Positions 1 through 10,923 of a stretch of DNA of 64,000 bases are shown one piece after another. Position 1 is the first letter of the stretch. The number at the start of each line of letters is the position of its first letter. The stretch covers positions 124,001 to 188,000 of the forward strand of contig JAMDHS010000026.1 of NCBI GenBank assembly GCA_029717555.1, in the 5' to 3' direction. The stretch comes from Peribolospora baueri. Taxonomy: Eukaryota. The notes beneath the pieces are model-generated. The model searched no databases, was not told where the DNA came from, and was given only the letters and a program-made list of their open reading frames with translations. The position numbers and the translations under genes were made by a program.

Positions 1-789
1 GAGGGCAAGTCCTTCTCAGACATTAACGAAAAGCTCCAGACGGTGAGTTCCTTCGCTCGTCGCTCGTCGCGCCTCCCTGGCTCCCGCGGAAAAGGTGTTT
101 CGAAAAGAGGCTGACAGACTGACCTGTCTCCATCTCGCTCCTTCCCGTCCTCTCGCCCACCCTCGTAGTCTTGGTGGCCGACTTTGACGACCGGATGGAC
201 CGTTTTCATTCCCGTCCAAGCCGTCAACATGGCCGTGAGAACCGTCTCCATCTAGCTGCAGCTCTTCCGTCCTCTTTCTCGTTCCCCTTTTCATTCTTTT
301 CTTCTCCGTTCCCCCTCCCTGCTCTAGTTCGTCCCTCCCCAAAACCGCTTGCTATTCATCAACGCGGTGAGTCCTCGTCCCCTGCAACCCGCTCCCGTTG
401 GAAAGGATCGCTCACTCCTTCGTTTCGTTATCGCCCACTCCCTCGTTTCGTTATCGCCTTTGCGCGCCGCCCAGGTGAACTTGTGCTGGAACACTTAGTG
501 AGTATTTGCCCATGGCGCCCATAGGGGGAGTCCGGGATCGCAGGAAGCCGTCGAGCTCACTTTCGTCCCACCCTTCGCGCCGCGCCGGACAGCCTCTCGT
601 ACGTGGCCAACGCGGGCATGGACAAGGAGGTGTACGCAGAGACGAGGATGACGGACGCCCATGCTACTCCCGAAGTGAGTTATCCGCCCGTGCCCCGGCC
701 GGCCGTGGCTGTCCGCCGTTCCTCCCTTCTCTGGCCACTAACCACCGCTTCCCGATCCCATCTTCCTACCGTGCCGCACGCAGGCTTGA
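1..789 (+). CDS. SYM1: Mpv17/PMP22 family membrane protein (Sym1-like), 3' part; gene starts before the window
   Basis: Not in the ORF track. Manual splicing across GT-AG introns gives EGKSFSDINEKLQT|SWWPTLTTGWTVFIPVQAVNMA|FVPPQNRLLFINA|VNLCWNTY|LSYVANAGMDKEVYAETRMTDAHATPE|A*. This matches the Mpv17/PMP22 C-terminal signature (W..W.P.Q..N...VP...R....N.V...WN.YLS). The last exon (GCT TGA, 784-789) is tentative. Confidence 0.85.
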
Positions 790-1741
790 TTTCCCACGTC
801 CCATCTCCATCCTCGCACCTTTGCGATTCACCGCTCGAGCCATCCATGACGAACCCCTTACACCCGATATACCTTTACTTTACCCCGCATAGACGCATGG
901 ACGCGTGCGCACGCATTGACGCGGATGGAGTTGAGGACAGGACAGCGTCGCACGGCTGCGCCATGTTGGAGAGGCAATAGAACAGCGGGTTTGGAGTGCG
1001 ACGGAGATGATTCGCGTGCCAGAAGAAAAAAAAAAAAAGAAGACAGGGACAAGACTGACTGACTGACTGACTGACTGACAATCGTCTCCGCCGACGACGT
1101 TTGCCGCGTTAACCGCCATCCGTTCGTCGCTTTCTAATGCTGTCTGTCCAGCGGATAGATAGCGCCGTCGCGGCGGATCGCTGGCTCGCGTTCTGCCTTC
1201 GTTCGCTTTTGGTCATCATTGGCCGGGGACGTGGACATGCTGCTTGCTCTACTGTAGAGATGATAGGGTTCCCCAGTGTGCCCGCTCGGCCGTGTTCCGC
1301 TTCCGCTCCCTTTTCCCTTCTGTCCCGCGGCTCCCTCCCGTTGCTCTCGTCGTCATCGCGCCGCTTTCACCATCGGCAAGAAGACGAAAGCATTCGGTTC
1401 ATTCGTCTACATTCTCATCGTATCGTCCCGGGACGCTCTTTCGCTCGCTCGCGCGCTCGTCGTCGCGCGCTGACCTAGCCGCCCCCGGGGAGGAAGGGGA
1501 AGAGGGGCTCCTCACTCGGTGTCGCCTGACTGACTGAACGCAGAGACGACGGGAGCGTCGCACGACTACCCGGAAGAAGCGCGGTGCTGTGGGGTAAGCG
1601 CAAGCTAGGTGTGTGTGAGCTCCTCGCCCTTCCCATTGACGTTGGGCGGCTGCGCAAGGCTCTCGACACTCATCGTCGACGGCCGCCGCCATCTCGACGA
1701 GTGGAAGAGGTGGACCCCGTCGAGCTCCATCGACTCCTCCG

Positions 1742-1772
<31 letters not shown>

Positions 1773-2937
1773 GCTTCCTTCTTTCCACCTCGTAAGTACG
1801 CCTCTCGCTTCGAGCCGGACGTCGACGTCGACGTCGTTCTGTCAGCGTTGGACCGAGTGAGTCGGACTGGTCTGTCAGACAGGGCTACTCTCGGTCCATC
1901 CACCCATCCATCCATCCATCCGTCCGTCCATCTATCTATCGCCTTCGTTCTCCGTGTAAGACGACTGAGTGGGCGGTCGGTCGGGAGGAAACAAACAAGG
2001 CGCTCGGGCTCGACTCGATTCGGTCGTCGATTCGAACGCTGCTCAGCTCAGCGACTGGCGGAGGACGACATTGCGGCGTGAGACGTGCGAGGAAGGAGCG
2101 AGCGAGCCAGCCTGGGTTCAGCGAGCGAGGCAAGCTAGCAAGCGAAGAAGAAGAAGAAGAAGAAGACGAAGACGAAGATGGAGACAAGGCGAGTATCGAA
2201 GACCGTCGTGGTGGTGGTCTTGTCGGGTCTTATCGCTCTCTCTCTCCCTTTCCTCCTCGCCGTTGCACTCCATCTTTCCATCTTTCTTTCCATCTTTGAT
2301 CATTTCGATGCCGTCCCATCTTCTCGATCGTTCCTCCGCCTTCCTCCCCATCGCTTCCGTCCACATCCGCTTCCTCCGCCCTCCCCTTCTCTCCTCCTCC
2401 ATCTTCCATCTTCCCCCTCCATCGCCCACCCACGCCCTTCTCGACCCTTCTACCCGTCCCTCGCGCTCCCTGCGCGGCCCCGTTCGAGTAGATAGGCGGC
2501 GATTCGGACGTCGCACAGATAGATAACAACCGCCGCTCCCACCGCCTCTTCCCTCCATCGCCCCGAGCCTCGCCCTTCGTCCCCGCTCCCCGCTCCCCCT
2601 TCTTGTAGCCGGTTTCGCGTCTTCGGACTGACCTCGCCGCTGTGTTTGCCGTTCCTTCCTTCTTCTCCCGTCGCCTTGGTCTTCGCCTTCGCCTTCGCCT
2701 GGTCTTCGCCGTCGCCGTAACTCATCGCCCATCGTCGGTCCTCCATCGCCAATCGGCCCCTGCTCGTTCCTTGCTTGCTTGGCTCGTGCACACCTCTTTC
2801 GACAACCCCACGACCACGACCACGTCTACGTTTACGGCGGCGACAACGGCCGACGACCCATCTCCCGGCTGAACGGCGTGGTCACTCCTTCCGCCCCTTC
2901 GCCTCTCCCCAGATACATCATCCGACCGTGGCAATAC

Positions 2938-5900
2938 ATGGACGCCATGTTCAACGAGGTCTACATGGAGGAGCCGCCGCGCGCCCTCAAGGACGCCCTC
3001 GAAGCTGAACCCCAGTTGTCCCTCGACGAGCTCCGCGCGTCTATCAAGTCCCTCGAGGCCGAGTACAAGGGCAGGCGAGAGAGCAAGAACGAGGCCCCGC
3101 TCTCTGGCCGGATCATCCATGTCAGCCACTATATCCCCTTCGTCCTCCGCCCTGCCGCCCCTCCTCATCACCACCAACACCGCCCTCCCGCCGGCGAGCA
3201 GCACCCCAACGGGTACGCTCGCCCAGACTCGGTCGGAGGCGGACCGGACCCGAACTGCGTCGTCGATCCGAGCGAAGGCTACGATGGCTCGCAGGACATG
3301 GAGCAAAAGCTCAAGGAGAACCTCGTCCGCGCACAGGCCACCAACGGTCGCTCCACCTTTGACGCCGCTGACAATCCCCTTCTCTCCGCCGATCCCCGGC
3401 GACGGACGCCGACGACGACGTCGTCGTTGTCTTCGTCGCCGCCACCGCCACCGCCGCCGAAAAGTAACGGTTTTCCCTCCGCCGCCGTCCAATTCTTCGC
3501 CACCACCTCTTCTCACCACGACCGCGCTTCCGACTCTCGTGAATCAACCCTCTCCGACGTGGCGGCCGCCAAGGTCAAGAAGCCGTCCCCGTTGGCCGCC
3601 GCCGCCGTCATCGGCGCTGAGCGCCGAGCGGGCAGGCGCTGGACGCTGACGCCTCGCCGAGGACACACGGCCCTCAACTCGGGCATACGCTCCCTCTGCT
3701 CCACCCACAAACAGACCTTTGTCGGCTGGGCCGGCGACGTCCAGTTCGGACCGGGCGACGAGCGTACGGACTCGAGCGAACTGACGGCGGAGGAGAAGGA
3801 GGAGCTTGAGGGGACATTGGCCAGGTTGGAGGACGTGGACGACGATGAGGCTGGCGAGGGCACGAGGACCAGCCCGTCGGAGGACAGCCGGATCGGGCGG
3901 GACGGAGGAGCGGGGATCAAGTACGTGCCCGTATGGCTCGACTACGTGTCCGCCCACGGTCATTACGAGGGATACTGCAAGACGAGTAAGTCTGACGCCC
4001 CATCCCCGCGTTTCCCATCTGGCCACGGTAGCTTCGTCGTGGATCTAATCTCCGACCATTTTTTTTTCTTTTCACCCGTCTTGCAGCACTCTGGCCTCTC
4101 TTCCACTACCTCCTCTGGCAAGATGTCCCCGATGACCGAAGACAATGGGACGAGTACTCGTGGGAGTCGTACGTCAAGGTCAACGAGGCGTTCGCGGAGA
4201 CGATCGCAAGGACGTACAAGCCGGGCGACATGGTGTGGGTGCACGACTACCACCTCCTGCTCGTGCCGAAGATGCTACGCGCTATCGTCCCCGACGCCAT
4301 CGTCGGCCTCTTCCTTCACGCTCCCTTTCCTAGCTCGGAGATCTTTAGGTGCTTGCCCAGTGAGTCGGACCGGCCGCTTCCTTTCCTTTTCCTTTTCTCT
4401 CGCTTCGTCTCGCTTAACTCTCCTCTTTTCCTCCCCGCGCCGCCGATAGAGCGAAAAGAAATATTGGAGGGCATGCTCGGTGCCGATCTGGCGTGTTTCC
4501 AGGTGAGCCGAAGGGTTTCAGTCAGATCGTCATGCTTCGCTCCCACGCCCTCATCGGTGCTCACTTTCGGTCCCCTTCCCCCGTTCTTTCATCCGCCTCC
4601 TCTCCCTCCCGCCTGTAGACGTTCTCCTATTCCCGCCATTTCCTTTCGTCCTGTGTCCGCGTCCTTGGCCTGGAGTCGACGCCGAACGGCATCGACGGTC
4701 CTTCCGGGCAGCTCACAAATATTGCCTACCGCCCCATCGGTGTGGATTATGAGAGGATCGCTCGAGACCGGTGAGCACTTTGACTCCTACGATAACCGCC
4801 CCTCCTCTCTGACGCATGCAGAGCCTCACGCCCTCTCCCATTTCCCTCTTTTCACGTCTGCTCTCCCATTCCCTCTTTTTTTCACGTCTGCAGAAGCAGC
4901 CCCGGTGTGATGCCCAAGGTCGCAGCGATCCGCGAGCTTTACAAGGGCAAGAAGATCATTGTTGGTCGGGACAAGCTAGACGTCGTCAAAGGCGTCATGC
5001 AGAAGGTGGGCGGGCGTGGGGGGATTTACGTTTTGCTCCATCTTACTCCGTCCGAGTTGTTTCGACTGCGTTCTGAAGCCGGACGACGCTCGACCTCCTC
5101 GCTGCGCTTCCTTCTCTTGTTCCCTTTTCTCGTTTTCGCTCGTCCATTTAGCTTCAAGCTTTCCAAAAGTTCCTTCACGATTATCCCGAGTGGCGGAATA
5201 ATGTGAGTGACAATGTCGGCCTCTTCACCGGTCCCAGACGCTCATCCGCCCGCGCGTGTTCTTTCCTTTCCTTTCCTGTGCCAGGTCGTCTTGATCCAAG
5301 TAACCGCGCCGTCCTTGAACGACTCGGCCAAGCTGGAACGAGAAGTGTCCGAAATGGTCTCCCACATCAACGGAGAATTTGGCTCACTGAGTTTCACGCC
5401 GGTGCATCACTAGTGAGTCTCCCCTTTCCTCCGTCCTTCCAATCTCCTTTTCTCAGACCTGACGGAGCTCTCTCATTCGGCGTGTGAATGCAGCCACCAA
5501 ATTATCGAACGCGACGAATACTTCGCTCTGCTCTCCGTTGCTGACCTGGCCCTCATCACTTCGGTGCGCGACGGCATGAACACCACCTCGATGGAGTATG
5601 TGATCTGCCAGGAACGGTCCAACAAGAGTCCGCTCATCCTCAGCGAGTTCACCGGTACCGCCGGGCCCATGAAGGCTGCCTTGCAGGTGAACCCGTGGAA
5701 CGTGGATGTGAGTCCCTCCAGCTGCCCGTTCCCTCTCGCTTTACCTTGGCTGACTGATTCGATGCTGCATGTCTGCGCAGGGAGTGGCGAGAGCGATTGA
5801 TCAAGGCCTTTGTATGTCGGACGAAGAGAGAGAGCTGAGACACGCGCAGCTCTTCCACCACGTCTCCACCCGCACCTCGCACGAGTGGGCCGCCAGCCTT

Positions 5901-7419
5901 GTGCACGAGCTGCTCAAGAACCTCATCGTCGAGCACGCCGCCCACTTTACACCCAAGCTTGAATGTGGCGTGATGCTCGATGGCTTCAAGACGTCCTGCA
6001 AGAGGTTGTTCCTGCTCGACTATGACGTGCGTGGCGTGTCTCCCTTGCATGCGAAAGGGCGGGACCGCCGAACGTGAAGCTGACCTTTTAGCAATTCGGT
6101 CCACTGGAACCTCTTCTCTTCTCGTCCTTGCAGGGCACGCTCACTCCAATCGTCAAAAACCCGGCCGCGGCGGTGCCGTCGAGCGAGCTGATCGCGAGCC
6201 TGCAAAAGCTGACTGGGGACCCTCAGAACGTGGTGTACATCATCTCCGGTCGCGACGGCGAGTTCCTCGACCGGCAGCTCGGGCACATCCCCGGCCTCGG
6301 TTTTTCTGCCGAGCATGGCAGCTTTGTGCGCCGACCGGGTCAGAAAGCTTGGCGCAACCTGACGAAAGAGCTGGACATGTCCTGGATGAAGGACGTGACG
6401 AACATCTTCAAGTATTATACCGAGGTGAGTATCTCTCTAGGTGATCGCCCGTGGAGGAGGGAAAAATGAGATGGAGGTGGGAACTGACGTCGAGAACGTG
6501 CCGATCCTGCTCCCTTTCTTCAGCGCACGACGGGAAGCTGGATCGAGACGAAGAAGAGCTCGATCACCTGGCATTACCGGGCGAGCGATCCTGACTTTGG
6601 GTACGTCCCCCCTTTCCTTTTCTCCTTACACGTCGTGCGACGCGACCCGACGCGACGGCACTCGTGAGGCTGACGTTTCCTTCTGACGCTGTCCGGTCCG
6701 CGAACAGATCGTTCCAAGCTAAGGAGTGCCAGGCTCACATGGAGACGCTGACAACTCAGAATAGGCTTCCCATTGAAGGTGGGTCCCTTGCTCCCGTGCC
6801 CACCACCGTAGGAGAGAAATTTGGAGATGAACCTCGGACAACGTCTTGGCCTTTCGCCCCTCCTTCAGTGCTTGTGGGAAAGAAGAACCTCGAGGTGCGG
6901 CCTCTGGCCGTCAACAAGGGCGAGATTTGCAAGCGCATCATGTACGAGAACCCGGACTCGGACTTTGTGTTCTGCGCTGGTGATGACAAGGTGAGAGAGA
7001 GAAACGATGCGGCACTTTCGGCTTGCACTTTGTTCGCGCACGATTGTTGACCGGATCCAAACGCGTATTCACTCGTTCGTCCGTCTTTCCTCCTCGCCCG
7101 GCCGCTTCCTCGGACGCAGACGGACGAGGACATGTTCCGTGCGCTCTGCCACCTCGCCCCAGCCACACCGTCGGCTGATTCGTCGCCGCTCTCCAACACA
7201 GCCCCGCTCATGTTGTCACCTCCGACGCCGATGTCCGACAGCCAGGAAACGCTGCGATCAGCGGCGTCTTCGCCCATCCCCATCTCCCTCCGACCAGAGT
7301 CCATCTTCTCCACCACCGTCGGCCCGAGGGATAAGAAAACGCTTGCAAGGTGGCACCTCGACTCACCTGCCGATATCATCGATGCCCTTGGCGAGATGGC
7401 TGCCACGCTCAGCGGCTGA
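2938..7419 (+). CDS. TPS2: Trehalose-6-phosphate phosphatase (GT20-like domain plus HAD phosphatase), multi-exon
   Basis: GT20 motifs HYEGYCKT|TLWPLFHY, VWVHDYHLLLVP, GLFLHAPFPSSEIFRCLP, GRDKLDVVKG, RDGMN, LILSEFTG. Intact HAD motif FLLDYD|GTLTPIV, then ISGRD, SAEHG, GKKNLEVRP and GDDK|TDEDMF. Stop TGA at 7417-7419. Confidence 0.93.
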
Positions 7420-8172
7420 GGATGGACCCGAGCGAGAACGTCCCTCTCCTCTTCTTACACGACACAGCGTAGCGCAGCGCAGCGCTTCGCCTCGCATCGC
7501 ATCACAATGCATGCTTCTTGCACCACCGTTCCAACCCCAACCCCTTTCGCCGTCCGTCGTCCTTCACCGCTCCTAATCCTTGGGTTTATCGGCATATGTT
7601 TTTGGTCACCTAGGGTCTTACCGGCTTCGCCTTCCCCCGACCCCTTTTCTTGCGGTCTTACCTTGTTCGCCACATCGTCGTCACCGTCATCCTCGTCCGC
7701 CTTTGGGGGGGGGGGCGCCTACCAATCTAATTCTTACCTTAGAAGGCACGCATCCTCCACCTTGGCCGCACGTCTGTCCAGCATGTCTCGCCTGTACACT
7801 TAGTCGGCGCGGCTGCTTCGTTCTTCCTGTCCTCCTGGGCCGCGTGAAATAGAACCCATATAATTCGTTCACCTCACCTCAGCTCGTGCTACCGCCTGTC
7901 TCGCGAGCCCGTGTCTCGCGAGCCCAAACGGGGTTTGCCTCTTGGGAGGGGTGAGAAGGTCGTGTCGGAATGGGCGCTTTCCATCTTAGGACGTATCCGC
8001 GCCGCTAATCATTCGTAAAGCGCTACTCTACAAACGAGTGCCTCTTTGTACCCAAATAAAAGTCCACCACGGCAGGGCCAGCTTCACCGGCCTTTTCTTC
8101 TCTCTCCCCTCCCTTCTCTCCCTTCCTCCACGGCCTCCTTCGCGCCAATATGGCACCGAGCAACATCTCGGC

Positions 8173-10673
8173 TCAACCAAACGCGCCGGCCTTCTGCATC
8201 TTCTTATCATGCCCCCGCCTCCTCTGCGCGTTGCCTCTCTTCTCCTTGTTCGTTCTGCCTCGCGAGCTCGGCTCTTGTCTGCTCCCACCATCGCCGCCCT
8301 GTTGTCCACCACCTCTTCCTCCGCGCGACCCCCCTCGTCCGCCTCCTCTTCCACCACGTCCTCCTCGCCGACCACCGCCTCCTCCTCCCCTTCCATCGTC
8401 GTGCTCGAACACCGGTCTGCCCTCGCCGGACGGCAAGAGATTCGGGTTAGGCCGTAGGGTGGGACTGTGCGAGGCCAGGATCTTGTCCTTGCGTGGGTTG
8501 CGCGAGAACATGACTGCCCAACCTTCAATTTGCGAGTCATCCCAGCCTGATCATTACGAGTGGGCGGGCGAAAATCCGATCGTGAGTCATGCTGTGACGA
8601 CGGCGTCAAGTTGGGGAGACATGGGCGACACTCACCGGTCTGTGCCTTGAGCTGCTGTCTCCTCTGACCTCTCCGAGTCTTCGAATCCCGACTGAAAACA
8701 CCTTCGCCCTCGTCTTTCCACACCCCGACCAAAATCTTTTGCACCGTCTTGTCATCGACATGCCTTCCGGAGGTCGCAGAGGAACCAAGCTGCTCCCTCC
8801 CATCCTCTTCCAGCCTCGCTTCGTCGTCATCTTCCTCTGCAGATGTCTCGGAGCCTTCGTCGGCCCGTCGCAAGCGATCCCGGGTGCTCTTCCGAACGCC
8901 AGCAGGAAGACGGTGATCATCCTCATCCAACTCCTCCTCAAAGCCCACTTCGCGCTCGTCTTCCGAGTGGTCATCGCCCATAGAATCTTCTTCGTCTGAC
9001 GACTCGCGCTCTGCTAAGGCCAGAATAGACGCCTTGAGGGCCGCGTTGAGGCCCGGATCGTCCTCAACGCTGCATTTCGCACGAGAGAAAGATCGACCAA
9101 GTTGCATTTTGATCCATCAGCATTGTCATCCTGTAGGCCCGACTCGCGGACGAGAGAGTGACAACTCACTTGCGCTTTCCCAGTCTCATCTTCTCGACGT
9201 CGAGCGGATCCGAAAACAAGTTCCTTCTACTCCTGACCAGGTTCAAATCATCTGCCTGAGCAGTCGCTCCGTCCACTCCGGTCGGAGCGGGCGCGACGGC
9301 GCCGTCCTTCTCTTCTTCTTGGAGCTCGACCGACACCGGATCCTCGAGCAACGAAGATACGATTTCTTCCAAGGGCTTGCCCTGGAAGCGAGGAAGAGCG
9401 AGGTGCTTCCGCAAGAGGTTGGGGGCGAGGTGAGGTAGGACGGCATGAACGGATGAGATGATGTCTTCGTCGACCTGCGATGCCGAAGGAAGAAAAAAGG
9501 AAACTGTTTCTCAGTTTCAATTAAGAGCGGGACGAAGCACTCCAAGAAGTCCAACGATCAGTCCTCACTTACCTCATTGTCATTATCCAACGCCCTTTCC
9601 TTTCCCTTGCCATGTGCTTTCGCAACAAGCCCCGACGGCTGTATGCGTGTCCGCCATTCCGCTCTCAACGTTTCCCACCCACCACCCAACTGCTTCCCCG
9701 AGGCGACAGTACTGGCTTTAAGGCTCGCAACGGCAGCTTCAAGGCGAGCATCCGGCTCGCCGGATTTGGAACCAGGAACAGCATAAAGCGCGTGAGACAG
9801 CCGAAAGGCATACTCGAGGTCAGCCATGAGAGAAGCCGAGATGAGAGGCACAGACGGGGAGGGAGGAGAGGACGAAGGCGAAGCCGGCCCGGAAGCCCTC
9901 CAGGATCTGCTGCCTACTGATGCGTCAAGGATAAGGGAACAAAGCTCTTCCACCAGCTTCGAGCGTGTCTCGTCCTCCAGACTCGGATTCGAGAGAGGGC
10001 TCAGGTAGGCGGCTTCTAGCGCTGACCACGCCATCTCGAGCAGCTCTGCACGAGCCCGGAGCCATGGCAGTTGCCATGCCTTGTCATTTGACAAAGAGTT
10101 CGAAAAGCCACCAAAGGTGGAAGCAAGGTGGGGAAGCCAAATGTCATACGCATGTCGTAGAGAGGAGAAGGGCGAAGGCGTGGCGAGCGTCGCGACGAGG
10201 GAGGCAGGCGAAACGAGCACGACGGCTCGAAGGACGTGAACAGCCTTCTGTGTTCGATCAAAGGCTGCGCTAGATGCATCGTTGCCGTTATCCAGCGCAC
10301 GAGCGAGGCTGGCCAGTGCGTTCTGCGTCAAGTCGGGCCCTAGCAGCCGGCCCCTAGAGGCGAGCGCACGGGCGCACATGTCGGACACAACCTTGCGGTT
10401 GGTAGACCCGAACGCGACGGCGAGGTCTACGTAATCTGTAGTAGTAGCCGGATAAGGAACTGTGTCATGATGACTTAGGATAACGATTAGCTTGAGCAGC
10501 GACTTGCGACTGACGCTCGATGCCGGAGACTGGACGACTTGGGAAGCAGGTGTCGACAGAGCGCGGAGTTGCACCTGGGCTTGGAGGAGGACGTGTTGGC
10601 GCACGAGCGGCATTACTGTGGGCGTCGCAGCAAGCTTGGACAAAGCTGCTGCGTCTTCGGCCGTTGCGCTCAT
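8173..10673 (-). CDS. CUE3: CUE-domain protein, Cue3/ASCC2-like (ribosome quality control trigger complex)
   Basis: Spliced ORF MSATAEDAAAL... with CUE-like IISSVHAVLPHLAPNLLRKHLALP...EEIVSSLLED and an acidic region. It continues FSRDSKTRRGQRRQQLKAQTG|WDDSQIEGWAVMFSRNP, an RGG tract, and C-terminal NKEKRGNAQRRRGHDKKMQKAG, which is typical of fungal Cue3/ASCC2. Confidence 0.8.
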
Positions 10674-10923
10674 CTTGGCCAAGACGTCGCGGGTTGTGTC
10701 TGCCTGCCTTCAACGCTTCCTTGCCTACGAAGGGCGGATGACCTTAATAAGGTGGAGTAGGCACCGTCCGCGTAAGGCCGCCAAAGCGCGACGTCCAGAC
10801 GGCCTACGTCTTGTACGACCTCGCCACCGTTCTTCCATCCATCCAACCACTCAATCCATCCCTCTATACCTCTACCCCTCCATCCTCACTTTCCTTCAGT
10901 CTCTCCTCGTAGACATTCAACAT

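Noticed and set aside
2779..2937. Open frame upstream of the TPS2 ATG
   Set aside because: TTG start and no evidence of use; open frames are common at this GC content.
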